NCBI GenBank assembly: GCA_951406725.2
Contig: OX597824.1
Span: forward strand, 46,934,001-46,998,000
Source: Octopus vulgaris
Taxonomy: Eukaryota
Direction of reading: 5' to 3'
Length of the DNA stretch: 64,000 nt
Positions 14,562-27,950 of this stretch are shown one piece after another; the first letter of the stretch is position 1, and the number at the start of each line of letters is the position of its first letter. The notes under the pieces are model-generated. The model did no database searches and was not told where the DNA came from. It worked only from the letters and a program-made list of their open reading frames with translations. A program made the position numbers and the translations under genes.

Positions 14562-14717
14562 GAACTGCCATCACGCTCATATCATGCCACTACAATGGAA
14601 AGGTCTACAAATTTGGGCAAACATTCGCAGCCATAGATAAATGTAATCAGTGCGCTTGTATGACCAAAGGAAGTGTAGTGTGTACTAAAAGGATTTGCCT
14701 TAGCACAGGAATTCAAG
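14562..14717 (+). CDS. Exon/module 6: [52 protein letters not shown](G)
   Basis: tttccag| acceptor, G|gtaatt donor, 156 nt. Confidence 0.88.
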
Positions 14718-15639
14718 GTAATTACAAAATATGTACTACAATCACAATGTACTGAATATTGAAATTTAAATTTGATCATAGCTAATGTAATGTTACTACT
14801 ATCCTTCATTTCATCGATGTTATTATTAAATAGATAATACATGTAGCCTTTATATGTATGTGCATATGTTTATGTGAACATGCGCATGCATGTGTGCATG
14901 CCTATACGCATGTATGCATGCATGTTTGTATGTATGTATGTACTTATGTACGTTTCTCAATATTTAGGCGTGTAGACGTGTCTGTGTGTGTGTGTACATA
15001 TGTACATGTGAACGTATGTTTATGTGCTGATATGTGTCTGTTCAAGTTGTATACATGACTGTTACTTTCTTGAAAGTTTTATACACACATATACATGTAT
15101 AATGTATATATAGACATACATATATATATATATATATCTTTGGATGTGTGTGTGACTTTGTCCCTCTCACCAACGTCTAACGGTGAATGGATACAACGTC
15201 TTAGATACATATATGCAAATATAACCTTACTTATACATATATACAAGTATACACAATCATATAGACATTTACACACACTCACAGATATACGCATAATCTT
15301 AAAGTACACACACATATACCCTTATCCATCTATACATATATATGATATTATTTTCGCGGATAACGGTTAAAATTCAAATTTGCTTCTTTTTATTTTTATT
15401 TTTTAGTTATTTTTTATACACATATACATGTACAATACATACATATATCTACACACGTACTCATACGTGCATATATGTACATACTCATACACTCACATAC
15501 ACAACACATACACATACACACACGTACACACGCACATATGTAAATACGTATCAAACTATGTATGCTCATACGGTTATATATAATTACATATATGTATTTT
15601 AGTATCATGCATCTCAACATGAATGTTTGGATTTCTATA

Positions 15640-16112
15640 TGTAAATGAGAGAAAGGGGTGGTTATAGAGGGGTACTCCTGAGTGGAATCTGAGTGTTACT
15701 CCATTCGGATTTACAGATGAGAGTGGGTTTGTATTCTTGTATACGGACAGCTTCAGTGACTTGTGTCAGCATTGCATCAGTGGGATGTGTAGATAAGATG
15801 TTTAACTCCCTAAGGAGCCCTTGCGGCAGTCTACAGCATGCTGATAGAAGATGGAGTTTGGTTTCTTTTCAATGTAGTTGTCCAGATGTTCTTTGAACTT
15901 ATCATTGATGCTCCCAGAAGTCTCACCAATATATGACCCTGGGATAATCGCGCAAGCTCCTTCTTGGCACTTAATCTGGTATACAATGCTCTTCGTTTTG
16001 CAGTTCACATGTGGGTTTGCATGTTTTGGCAAATTAAATTTAAATGTTGAAGTGATTCTGGCGGTTTTTGTGTTTTTAAATGGCTTATAAACACCTTCCA
16101 TGCTGCAATTGT
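15640..16112 (-). mobile_element. Penelope-like element remnant (GIY-YIG)
   Basis: CKTKSIVYQIKC...SYIGETSGSINDKFKEH. The adjoining 16022-16112 matches the arm of the 54238-54493 palindrome. Confidence 0.8.
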
Positions 16113-16128
16113 TTATATATATATATGT

Positions 16129-16215
<87 letters not shown>

Positions 16216-16217
<2 letters not shown>

Positions 16218-16462
16218 GGGTGGTGCAAAATTAGGTATACAGTTATGAAAAAAGATAACATGTACATTACTCATTTATTTTTATCAAAAAAATTAAAAGT
16301 TACCATAAAAGTATTATTACACTTATGATAAATGTATTATTATGAATAATGACACTGAAAAAGTCGAAAATGACGCTAACTAATTTGATGTGCTAATAAT
16401 TTTAATGCATTAAATATTATAACATTGATGTGATACTGTATACCTACTTTTGCACCCGACTG
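16216..16462. mobile_element. Tc1/mariner-type MITE
   Basis: TIRs CAGGGTGGTGCAAAATTAGGTATACAGT and ACTGTATACCTACTTTTGCACCCGACTG. Confidence 0.75.
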
Positions 16463-16645
16463 TATGTGTGTGTATATATATATATGTGTGTGTATTATTC
16501 ATATAAATACAGTGTACATTTAAACACATAAGAGGTATCCGTCATAGGATTCCATTGACGCTAGAAGGAACAGCTAAAGTCCAAACCAATATTATAGATA
16601 AAAACTCGAAGGGAATGAAAAATAAAAACATTTACCATCTATTTC

Positions 16646-16713
16646 CTGGACCATGGTTTCAGACTCTTTTTAGCAAATAAAATAATTTGCTAGGGGAAAG
16701 TCTTCATCAACAG
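16646..16713 (-). ncRNA. Hammerhead ribozyme-like motif (C3 to U variant)
   Basis: ctg-TTGATGA-AGACTTT..TAGCAAAT..ATTTGCTA..AGAGTCT-GAAA-CCATGG-TC-cag. Confidence 0.6.
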
Positions 16714-17561
16714 ATACGCGTAGATTAAACATATAAGTACGAGGCAAATCCAGCATGTGCCTCTTGCTTATACATTATAATTTTTCAAATCCACCGCACG
16801 GGCGCAGTTTTTTGTCGGCAGCAAAAAAATACCGGCATTTCTTTGAACAATTTTCCAGGAAAAATTATCAATAACTAATAATATCAGGGTAATAAAGATT
16901 AAAAAATGTTTTTACTACCTGTACAGTGTATTTATACGAATAATATATAGTCTATTGACTAATTTTTCTACACGCTAGGCCACAGGTAGTAGAAATTTCT
17001 AAAATCTTTATTACCCTGATATACAAACTGGGACAAGAACGCAAAACATTTAGAAGACGATACAAAAAACACGGACGGGACATTCGAAGCCTTCAATCTT
17101 CAGTCAAGAACCAGAACATCCTCGCAATTTCGGCTGATTAATCTTGAGATTGCTCCGACCTGGCCAGCCCCAAAGGAAAATCTAAGCCAAGCGCATTAGA
17201 TTCCTTGGAAGAAAGCCTCGAATGTATACAAAACAAAGACGGGAAAAGGACGATGTTACACGACTAAGAATACAAAAATACGTAAAAACAATAATGATAA
17301 CACGAATAAGAATACGAAAAAACATAAAAACAATAATGATAGTAATAAATAATAATAACAAAAACAGGACGTCACAGACAGACGTCTTTTCGACAGGACG
17401 GGTGAACTTGAGCTGGCGCATTAGAAAAATGCCTTGGGGCAGAGAGAGAAAAAATGTGTCTAGCCTCGACGGCTGCTGACCACGAAAAGGTCAGTTAGTC
17501 ACGTGTGAGGAGAAGAGGGAGGAAAAGAGGGACAGATGAAGAAAGAAAAAAGGGAACAAGG

Positions 17562-17602
<41 letters not shown>

Positions 17603-17764
17603 CTCTCATCGTCACATACATATATGTGTGTTTGGCTATGAGTATTTTTGTAGTTTTGTATGTGTAAAGTCAAGCTGATCAAAGTCTTTGTACCTATGTT
17701 CTTTGAGTGAGAGAGCTTCATTTTCATCTTGAATTCGTGCACAACATTTTTCTTTCCTTTTCAG

Positions 17765-17908
17765 TAAGAATGCCATGTCACTACAACGGAAAAATATACA
17801 TAATTGGCCAAACGTTCGAAGCGATAGATAGATGCAATCAGTGCACATGCAAGGCTAGTGGAGATGTTGTGTGCACCGAAGAGATATGCCCTATCACAAA
17901 AATTACAG
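17765..17908 (+). CDS. Exon/module 7: VRMPCHYNGKIYIIGQTFEAIDRCNQCTCKASGDVVCTEEICPITKIT(G)
   Basis: ttttcag| acceptor, G|gtaata donor, 144 nt. Confidence 0.88.
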
Positions 17909-18263
17909 GTAATAATTAAAAGATGCTTTCCAAACAGATTTTACTGATCACTAGTTAAGTTCTAATGCGCAACATCTCCCACATCTTTACTAGGGTTAAA
18001 TGTCAATATATCAATCACTTTCTTTGTTTAATTCAGTGTGTTCGCTGTTACAAACCGGAAAGTGGTACAGACGTGTAACGTTGGGAAAACCGGTTCTTAG
18101 TGGGAACTGAGACGTAGTCACAGTTATTATTGTTTATGTGGCAACAACTTGTATGGTACTTTCCGTACAGGCTGGCCGTTGATTTTGCTATATGCAGATG
18201 GACGTCTATACGTGTATGAGTGAGAGTACGGGTAAGTGTCTGTATATACAAATGCTGCCTGCT

Positions 18264-19460
18264 ATGTGATGTCATAATTTGTCTCGCTTACTATGTCTCT
18301 TAAAATTAAATCACGAATTTGATCGTTTGTTTTTGGCAGTCCAGAGCCAGACACTTGCAAATCTTTGCCTCCCATGGCCAAAACTTGATGCTCAATTTCA
18401 ATCAGTGCTTGGTTAAAAATTGTTTCAGAGAACGAATATTGATATATAGGTGTGCCTGTTGAACTGCATACTTTAAATCATCAGCCATGTCCTCATGATG
18501 TTTCATCCAAAGCTGTAGGGGACTGCTAAGTTGACACATGTTCAGTATAACTGCAAAAAGGTTACTGAGTTTCCTTTGAGAATCTGATATTGATGCTTCA
18601 GTCAATGCAAGGCCCTGATGCTCACCATTTTCTAAAACACTTTGCTGACCATTTACCTTCCTCGTATCTTGGAGTGATTGTGGACCACGTTCTTCATGCA
18701 AAAGGAGCCGTAAGTAGTAGCATTCTGCTTGGCTTGGGTGGACACTGTAAACTCTTGCAAGATCGTCAGCCCCACGTTTCCTCTTGTACCATTTATTGTT
18801 TCTCCAGGTGCAATACTTGGGTAATTTTGGGTGAAGGAGTTTTCTTGCATCTTCATCTACTTGACACGACTTAAAAAAGGCAGTAAGGGTAGTTTCTTTT
18901 GCAGAAAGTGCTTGTTGTAAGGCTGTTTGTTTTGTAAAGTTAACCCTCTAGCCATTCTCTTGATGGACACTTAAATGAATGATGGTTGGGTGCTTCTCAT
19001 GAATGGGAAAATTGAAGATGCTCCAAAAAGCCTCATTGGTACTGATGTATCTTTCTCTGTCATACTGTGCAACTTCGTCATTTTTATCTATCTACTGACT
19101 GCCATTCTGCATAAGAGTGTATGTTACAGCATCTAAAGTTTTGTTTATATATTTGCAAACATACTTAACAGAGTTGCAGAATTCAACACTGACTCTGGCT
19201 ACCTGTACTCGTCTTCGCTTCACTGTAGAATACTGACCATCTACAACTACCACGTCTCCCTCTTGTAGAGAATGAGAACATTGTTCTTGGAAAATTAAAA
19301 TGGGGATTAAAAGAATAAATGAGTTACGTTAAAAAAAATTCACAAGAGCGATTGACATAAATAGCGATTGCGAAACGCCACACGCATGCACACGCACACA
19401 CACATACATACATACATACATACATACATACATACATACATACATACATACATACATACA

Positions 19461-19492
<32 letters not shown>

Positions 19493-19997
19493 ATATCAAA
19501 CATTGGATGAAGTGGATGTATGTGTGTGAGAGAGAGAGCGAGTGAAGGGGTGTGTTGTCATGTATACGTACATACATAAATAAATATGCATACATCTTTT
19601 TGTATGTATGTATGCGTGTATGTATGAGAGAGAGAGTGCCACTTAGATATCACTCACACACACACACATGCACACACAAACATACAAAAAGATGTGTGCA
19701 TATGTATTTATGTATGTACGTATACGTGACAACACACCTCTTTACTTACTCTCTCTCTCTGTCTCTCTCTCTTTCACACATACACATAATAAACGTATAC
19801 AAATGAAAACGGAAAATTTCACCGTTGCTACGTCAATACCAGAAGTTGACATTGAAAACTCTTTTTAAAGAAGAGAATCATATATATAAGGCAATATTAT
19901 TTATTTATTCCTGCATCACAAGTACGGAAGCAATTCGTGCAGCTGTTTTCGCGTGAAAAGCGAATACACACATAGAGGTCTATTTTATATAAGAGAT
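18264..19997 (-). mobile_element. Helitron RepHel remnant
   Basis: EFCNSVKYVCKYINK, EAFWSIFNFPIHEKHPTIIHLSVHQENG, TTLTAFF, ALTEASISDSQRKLSNLFAVIL...PLQLW. Boundaries approximate. Confidence 0.75.
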
Positions 19998-20000
19998 ATA

Positions 20001-20053
<53 letters not shown>

Positions 20054-20099
20054 TGTTATATTACATTAGAAAGAAAGACCCAATGGATTTCAAAAAGTG

Positions 20100-20545
20100 A
20101 AAGAAACAAATGCTTTTTTGGTTAATATTAATGTATTTAATCAAGGTAAATACATTTCCCCTCATTATTGAAAACCTAATCTATTTAGCAAGTTGGTAAA
20201 CTATCAGCCATAAAATTCTCCAGGTTTCGAAGCAAAGAAACACTGAATATCATTTTTCTTAATAAACTGCTTACCTTCTAAACAATATTTTAATGATCTG
20301 AAAAGATGACAGTCACATGGGGAAAAGTCAGGAGTATAAGGAGAATGAGGCAAAACTTCCATTTTTAGGTCCATAATCTTTTCCTGAATGTCTTGGGAAA
20401 ATATATGGCTTTGCATTGTCCTGTAAGAGCAACACTACTTCATGATTGACCAATAATGGATGCTTTCTCTGCAGATTTTTGTGTAACGCCTCCAGTTGCC
20501 AACATTTTTCTGCATGAACTCTTTCGTTTTAGCTTAAAACGTCAT
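20100..20545 (-). mobile_element. mariner transposase C-terminal remnant
   Basis: EVLPHSPYTPDFSPCDCHLFRSL (YSPDLAP motif). A related remnant lies at about 61760-62075. Confidence 0.8.
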
Positions 20546-21165
20546 TCTATATAGTAGAAAAAACTTGTCCACAGCGGCGTGCCGTGGAAATGGATTAGAA
20601 AGTACGCGGTTGAGAAGTAAAATCCTTTACCACATAGCCAAGCCTAATTTTAAACAGGCTTGAAGTCTGTCTTTTCTTACTAAATGCACACTCCAGGCAT
20701 CACGGTATATTAACTATATGTGTATATATATAAGAAGCTGGGACCGAACAGTTCCTGGCTTAAAAGAAGTAAAAGAATCAGTTAATTATAATTTTATTCA
20801 ACATATTCCACTCTCAGATTAACACACTTAATGCAACTAACCTTCAATTTTTCTGTGTAAAAGGGCTCGGAAGGTGTGGCCTCCAGCCAGGACTTTCGAA
20901 ATACCCTTGAAGCCAGGAACATTTCAGCACCCTCTCCCATATATATTTATCTTTTATCTTTCATTTTTTACCTGTCCCAGTCATTAGACTGCAGCCATGC
21001 TGGGGCACTGCTTTGAATTTTTAGTCGAAGGAATCGATCCCAGTACTTATGCTTTAAGTGTGGTACATATTCTATCGGTTTCTTTGCCGAACCGCTAAGT
21101 TAAGGAGACATAAACACACCGACACTGGTTGTCAAATGGTGATGTGGGACAAACACAGACACACA

Positions 21166-21214
<49 letters not shown>

Positions 21215-21217
<3 letters not shown>

Positions 21218-21735
21218 GGTACTTATTTATATTATATAGAGGGTACTATTATTCATAGGTACCGCACGCTAGGAGGGACTTTTACAGTCAAAACTACTAA
21301 AATAAACAAATTGTACCGAATGCAAAACTTCAAAGCGAGTCATTTAAAAACAAAATTTAGTTACATATCACCTGTGATTTCGCAATCAATGCAGAATATG
21401 CATTCTATGCTCTTCAGTGCAACGAACTCAAGACATGTAAGAAAAAACACAACATCACATACCCGACAACCAACCGTAGAATTCGCCGCAGCATGTACTA
21501 ATGTTTATCTTTACATATCTATGAAAATGGCGGGCTTTTTCGCAATGTATTTCGGTAACAACTTGCCTACTCAGAACAAAATATTCATAGGTACCGCACG
21601 CTAGGAGGGACTTTTACAGTCAAAACTACTAAAATAAACAAATTGTACCGAATGTTAGTAGTTTTGACTGTAAAAGTCCCTCCTAGCGTGCGGTACCTAT
21701 GAATAATAGTACCCTCTATATAATATAAATAAGTA
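21215..21735. mobile_element. Penelope-like pseudo-LTR structure (direct plus inverted repeats)
   Basis: About 73 bp direct repeat (21249-21321 and 21582-21654) followed by an about 80 bp inverted copy (21655-21735); contains a hammerhead motif. Confidence 0.7.
21360..21423 (-). ncRNA. Type I hammerhead ribozyme, intact core
   Basis: GTTGCA-CTGAAGA-GCA(TAG AATGCA TATTC TGCATT GAT)TGC-GAAA-TCAC AG GTGA-TA-TGTAAC. Stems I, II and III all pair; AUA cleavage triplet. Confidence 0.85.
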
Positions 21736-22005
21736 TTTTCAAAGTTGAAAAAATTTACAGATTTTTTCTCTTACGAGGTTTTTCACGCTAACTACTTGAT
21801 ACTTTCTTATAAAGATTTTATCCTATTTTTAAATTTATATATATATATATATATAAACATTCAAATACGACGGACTTTCAATTTCTGTCTACAAAATCCA
21901 TTCACAAATCTTTGGTCGACCCGAGGCTAAAGTAGAAGACACTTGCCCAAGATGCCACGCAGTGTGACTGAACCTGGAATCTAGTGGTTGGAAAGCAAGC
22001 TTCTT

Positions 22006-23299
22006 TTATTTATTAAATTGGCCAGAAAGGCCTTACAAAGAAAGGAAGGTGCGGGCTGAACAAGGACATAATGAGATGAAATGATAGACGATATAATAAT
22101 AATGAGGGCAACAGCAACACCCGCCGATTGCTGTTTACCCGAGCACATTGTTCTTTATAAGTACCATATTTGAGGGAACAAACCTCTCACATAGTTCAAA
22201 ATAAAACCTCTTACATATTTCAAAGTAAAACATCAAGGAGACAATAAAGCTCTTACATTTACAACACAAAAAGCCATTGTGAGGCAATAAACCGCTAATA
22301 CAAGTTAATTATAAATCAATGAAACAATGCAACTGGGGCACCAAGGGGATGTACAGTGTCCACCTTTGGTGGCACAACTCCCACCGAAGGTGCTTCGGGA
22401 CACGCCAGCAGAGTGTCACAAACCGCCGGCAATGTCCCGTTTTTTCTTTTTTTCTTTGTTTTTCTTTTTTTCCTTTGAGCCACGGGAGGGTGGGGTTCCT
22501 CCGCTTTGTCCAGCAGATCCTCCCTCCCTCCCGCAGCCTTCGGATCCTTCGGTGGGCAACCATTGTTGGCCACCTTTCGTTCTTTTCCTCTTTTCGAAGA
22601 GGTCCTCGACATCCTCCTTCTCTCCCTCCAATGAGGGAGCAGAGAGTGGTATCTTTATCAAATGCTCCAGGACCTTATTTTAGTCCTTAGGGCAGTTCTT
22701 TTTTATATGGTCCGGTTCCAGGCACAGATGACACTTGGGGTGGGGGCATCCCTCAACCATCACTGGATACCTAGACCCGGCCATTCTTAAATCATCTGGA
22801 AAAACCAGATTTTCTGCTGATTGGGTTCATAGGGTCAAAACAGCTTTTGACCCCTCCCAATCAGCCGCAGGCAGAATGTTCACATTTGGGAGATTGGTAC
22901 TGCTGTCACCCAGACACTGGCGGATAGTATCCTCTATCCACTCGGACTCAATTCCGAGTGGCAAACCGCAGACCCAAAGCCCTCGTCAGCTTCTTCCCAC
23001 AAGTGAGAAGAAACAAAATTTCCTTGCCCTCCTGTGACTGGGTCACGAATTCGCAAGCCTCTTCGGGGAAGTCAAACAGCAACCACACCGTTGCATATTT
23101 GATCCCCCGAGAGATAAACTTAATAGTTGGCATATATTCTGCCAACTCCTCAATCATTTGTTTTTCGAAGACGACGATGGTGTCGAGGGACTTGGAGTAA
23201 GTCCTCAACACCACTGTCTTCTTTCCAAATTCCTCTAACCATTTTTTAGGTGGTGCTATTTCCCTTTCCATAAGTTTATCTTTGTTCTTTGCCATGTGA
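22006..23299 (-). mobile_element. Non-autonomous L1/Tx1-like retroelement with gag-like ORF1 (CCHC knuckle)
   Basis: Minus strand CHLCLEPDHIKKNC. 14-bp TSD AAAGCAAGCTTCTT at 21992-22005 and 23300-23313, inside a family-A SINE head. Confidence 0.75.
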
Positions 23300-23494
23300 A
23301 AAGCAAGCTTCTTACCATACAGCCACTCCTATATATGTGTGTGTGTGTATGGAAGGCTCTCCTCATCATATCTGTATATGTGCGTGTCTCTGCATATTTG
23401 TGTATGTGTGTGTATAAGGCCGACCTGATCAATATTTTTGTTGTTATATTCAATTTCGTCTTCAATTCGTGCACAACATTTTTTTTCTTTTCAG

Positions 23495-23641
23495 TAACTA
23501 AAATAGAATGCCACTACAACGGAAAAGTATACGTAATTGGCCAAACGTTCATAGCCATTGATAAATGCAATCATTGTACATGCAAGTCCACCGGAGCTGT
23601 TGTGTGCACCGAAGCGATATGCCCTCTCCCGAAAATTACAG
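23495..23641 (+). CDS. Exon/module 8: [49 protein letters not shown](G)
   Basis: ttttcag| acceptor, G|gtaata donor, 147 nt. Confidence 0.88.
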
Positions 23642-24060
23642 GTAATAACTAAAAGATGCTTTCCAAACAGATTTTACTGATCACTTGTTAAGTTCTAATG
23701 CCCAACATCTCCCACATCTTTACAAGGGTTAAATGTCAATATGTCAATCACTTTCTTTGTTTAATTCAGTGTGTTCGCTGTTACAAACCGGAAAGTGGTA
23801 CAGACGTGTAACATTGGGAAAACCGCTTCTTAGTGGGGACTGAAACGCAGTCACAATTATTATTGTATATGTGGCAACTACCTCTGTGGTTCTTTCCGTA
23901 CAGGTTAACCGTTGATTTTGCTATATGCAGTAGGACATGTGTACGTATGTCTAGTCTTGGTGTAGGTGTGTAGGTGTATGAGCGTGTATGTATGTGGGTT
24001 GGGGGCATATATGTGTATGTGTATCTGTGTATGTTTGCGTTGGTTGTGACGGCGTTTCTC

Positions 24061-24190
24061 TGTGCGTGCGTGCATTGTGCGTGCGTGCATTGTGCGTGCG
24101 TGCATTGTGCGTGCGTGCATTGTGCGTGCGTGCATTGTGCGTGCGTGCATTGTGCGTGCGTGCATTGTGCGTGCGTGCATTGTGCGTGCG
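24061..24190. repeat. 15-bp minisatellite (TGTGCGTGCGTGCAT) x8
   Basis: Perfect tandem copies read directly. Confidence 0.95.
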
Positions 24191-24930
24191 TGTGTGCGTG
24201 TGTGCGTGTGTTTGGTGTGTCTTCATTGTTCGATAATGAGGATTCAGTTGACCAATCAGGTGAACAACCTGCTTCTGAAATAACCTTTAAGTGGTTGGGT
24301 ATTCCCGAGAAACATGTCTCCTTAGTGTAATTCCCAGGCAGAATCAGTATGGCACGAGCAAATGACAAGAATGTAGCTTTTGGAATTGCAGATACAATCC
24401 TCCCGACAAGCCTCTATATAGTTTCCTAATTTAAGCCACATGGTAAGGATCTGACGGGTTTCTGACAGGAAACATTTGGCCAAGACGACACAGTGGGATC
24501 GAACCCGAAATCTCCTCTTTAAGAAGCTAACTTCTTAACTATTTCGGCCAAACTGTATGCCTGAGAGTGCTAGACAGAGAGACAGAGGAATAGGTCACGG
24601 CATATACTACGAAAAGACACGTCAGATGACAGCCGTTATCTTTCACAACTGACGACTGATGACATCGTTAGTAAAAAAACCAGGTCCCAGTAGGTTTTTC
24701 AGTCAATGACTAGCACGTACCCCTGATGCAAATTTCTTGTCAGTGTATATGTATTAGACAAAATAATTCCAGTGTAGACTATCATTCATTTCCTTGACTT
24801 CGAAGGAAAAAGTATCTTCTTAAACGTATTCGTCAAGCAGGTCTTAAGGGAAAAGATTACAGCAGTGATGGCATCCGAACAGCGTTCCCAATTACTTTTC
24901 TACTATCCATAGCACTACAACTGTTCTGCC

Positions 24931-24992
<62 letters not shown>

Positions 24993-25117
24993 TATATATA
25001 TATACATATATACATAGTTAATCCAAACATGAAAACACAAAGAGAAAACACAACAACGCGAGGACGTGGAACAAGTATAGTATTATTGGACGCTCAGGAA
25101 AGAAGGAAAGAAGGAGG

Positions 25118-25152
25118 GTTTAACGTTTCGAGCGGAGCTCTTCGTCAGAAAC
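25118..25152 (-). ncRNA. Minimal hammerhead ribozyme (Penelope type)
   Basis: GTTT-CTGACGA-A-GAGC TCC GCTC-GAAA-CG-TT-AAAC with a palindromic stem III. It lies in an about 200 bp repeat (25018-25222) whose second copy (27948-28115) has the motif deleted. Confidence 0.75.
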
Positions 25153-25726
25153 ATAGGAAAAGGAAAGATCCAAAGAAAGGAAGACGGAGGAAAAAAATTG
25201 CCAACGGTACACACGCGGTCACGGAAAGGGAATGTCTTGTCAGGCTTCAGTTTACTGATTTTAACATCGATGCAAGGTCAGTTTACAGTAGACAAAGTAG
25301 TTTAAGAGTTTTTGAAATGATCACAGAGACAAATCACTGACAAAAGTGAGTTTCGGCATTCTCCTATTAGACAAACCTTTTCGATCAGAGTCTAATTTGC
25401 CCTAGCATTTGCCGGCAAGTATGTTGTCTGTGTCAATCGATCATTACTGCAGATCACTGAAAGCAAATATTTTGACCCAGAGAAACTGAACAAAGCATCG
25501 TTGCTATGTCCAGACACTTAAAGCTTCGTTTCCATACACAACACGGATATTTACTTAAAACCATTGGTTGGCTCGAATATCTTGTAGAAAACATTTGCAC
25601 ACATTTCAGTGCAGGGGAACTGAACCAGAAATTGAATGGTTGTGAAAGAATCTCCTAAAATACATCAAACACAGAGCCATGCCTAATTGGAAAAAATTTG
25701 TAGTCAATTCTTTTTCTTAGTAAACA

Positions 25727-25807
<81 letters not shown>

Positions 25808-25844
25808 GTGTGTGTGTATGTGTGAGTGTGTGTGTGTGTGTGAA

Positions 25845-26168
25845 GGCGCATGGCTCAGTGGTTAGAGCGTCGAGCTTACGAGGTTGTGAGTTCGAATCCC
25901 GGACCGGGCTGCGTGTTGTGCTCTTGAGCAAGACACTTTATTTCACGTTGCTCCAGTTCACTCAGCTGTAGAAATGAGTTGCGACGTCACAGGTGCCAAG
26001 CTGTATCTGGTGTTGCCTTTCCTTTGGATAACACTGGTGGCGTGGAGAGGAGAGGCCGGTATGCATGGGCGACTGCTGGTCTTCCATAAACAATCTTGCC
26101 CGGACTTGTGCCTGGGAGAGTAACTTTCTAGCTGCAATCCCACGGCCAGTCATGACCGAAGAGGATCT
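25845..26168 (+). mobile_element. SINE family B
   Basis: Collinear with 8802-9139. Confidence 0.85.
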
Positions 26169-26170
26169 CA

Positions 26171-26245
<75 letters not shown>

Positions 26246-26248
<3 letters not shown>

Positions 26249-27002
26249 GGTGTAAGATGCAATCTTCTCATCGGGAAAGAAAGAGAGCCTCTCTCAACAA
26301 CAAGACATTATAATATTTACGATGGCTGCCTAAATGATAAACAGAACGTTATTAAGTATTTAAAAAAACCGTTAGTAGATTTGACGTCAAAGGCAGATAG
26401 AAGGAGGAGAAGGGTTAAAGGGGTAGTAATTAGGGAACAAATAGAGAGGGAGGGATACGTTGATTAAAAGAATGTTCAAAGGCTTAGGAAAAAATTCCTC
26501 TATTGAAGTGAAGTGCAAGTTAAACTAATTGTTCAAACTATAATGACTGGCGAAATCACTTATATGAGTAAAATGTATGTTTCTGCCAGTGTTTACATTT
26601 GTACGATCTCTCCATAAGTGTGTTTACAAGGGGATTCTTCGAGAAGAGAATATGGAAGAGTTCAGAGTTGCAAATGTTACAAACTCTCTTGCCCTTATCG
26701 TAAGGAAAAGATACGGACAGTATGAACCAATCTAACTTAAAATCTATATTGTTGTCTTTAAGACGCCAAACTAATTTACTTAGCCCTGTGGCGTTTTCTG
26801 CTATCCCTAAATGGATAATTGGGAAGTGGACGCGCCTATATAGAAGAAGACATCGGTACCAAAGAAATTTTACACTGGTATATAGAATTCTTGATCTTAG
26901 AGTTATTAGACAAAAATTTAATTCTGTTGGGATTTTCCTCAGAGATCGAAACCAAGTTTTTATTGCTACGATTATTATTATTATAATTATTATTAATAAT
27001 AC

Positions 27003-27071
<69 letters not shown>

Positions 27072-27219
27072 CAGTATTATTATTATCATTATTATTATTA
27101 TCATTATTATTATTATTATTATTATCATCATCATTATTATTATTATTATTATTATTACTACTACTACTACTATTACTACTATTGTTAATACAATTAATAT
27201 TATTATCAACCATAATACC

Positions 27220-27284
<65 letters not shown>

Positions 27285-27877
27285 TATTATTATTATTATT
27301 ATTAATATTATTAATACTATTATTATTATTATTCGAATTATTATAATTGTATGAGGGGTTGGAATTAACAAGATTGATTAATGTTGGAACTCCCGGATAA
27401 AGAACTTTTATTTAGCAGATTGGTATTGTGAGAAGATATAATTTGTGAGAGATTCTTAGTGTTGGAGTAAGCGATTCTAACTTTGTGGGAGTTGATAATA
27501 GAATAATATCTAGAATTTTTTTGAAAGTTCCTAGCAACCGCTTCACAGAATTGCAAAGGAAGGTTCGATTTAATTTGTTTCCCAAATGGGATTATGAACC
27601 AGATACTGTTCCTAGTGACTTTTGAATTGTACGTGGTATTATTTATAAAGGTAGGGGGGAAATTTTAAATACTTAATAACGTTCTGTTTATCATGTAGGC
27701 AGCCATCGTAAATGTTATAATATCTTGTTGTTGAGAGAGGCTCTCTTTCTTTCCTGGTGAGAAGATTTCATCTTACGCCGTTTATTCCTTTGGAATAAAA
27801 CCATGCTGTCTTCGAAACATATGTCGAAAGTAAAGGAATTTTATTAACATCTTCGTTCAACTCCATTTATTTATTTA

Positions 27878-27880
<3 letters not shown>
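26246..27880 (-). mobile_element. Penelope-like element with inverted terminal segment and (TAA)n expansion
   Basis: RNSIWFIIPF...NSHKVRIAYSNTKNL...TGLSKLVWRLKDNNIDFKLDW...CNICNSE...KCKH. 26246-26367 is inverted at 27663-27783. Confidence 0.8.
27749..27830 (+). ncRNA. Hammerhead ribozyme motif with core mutation (CTGGTGA)
   Basis: CTTTC-CTGGTGA-GAAGA...TCTTC-GAAA-CATATG-TC-GAAAG. Confidence 0.7.

Positions 27881-27950
<70 letters not shown>

Noticed and set aside
24215-24420. Second coding exon in the conserved intronic block repeated at about 31975, 36330, 46425 and 51960
   Set aside because: The copies have frame-breaking indels and stops and no consistent splice sites; more likely an old repeat duplicated with the unit.
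26556-27371. Long ORFs rich in poly-Ile/Asn/Tyr and the many YI/CV/TH-repeat ORFs
   Set aside because: They are translations of (TAA)n, (TA)n and (CA)n microsatellites, not genes.
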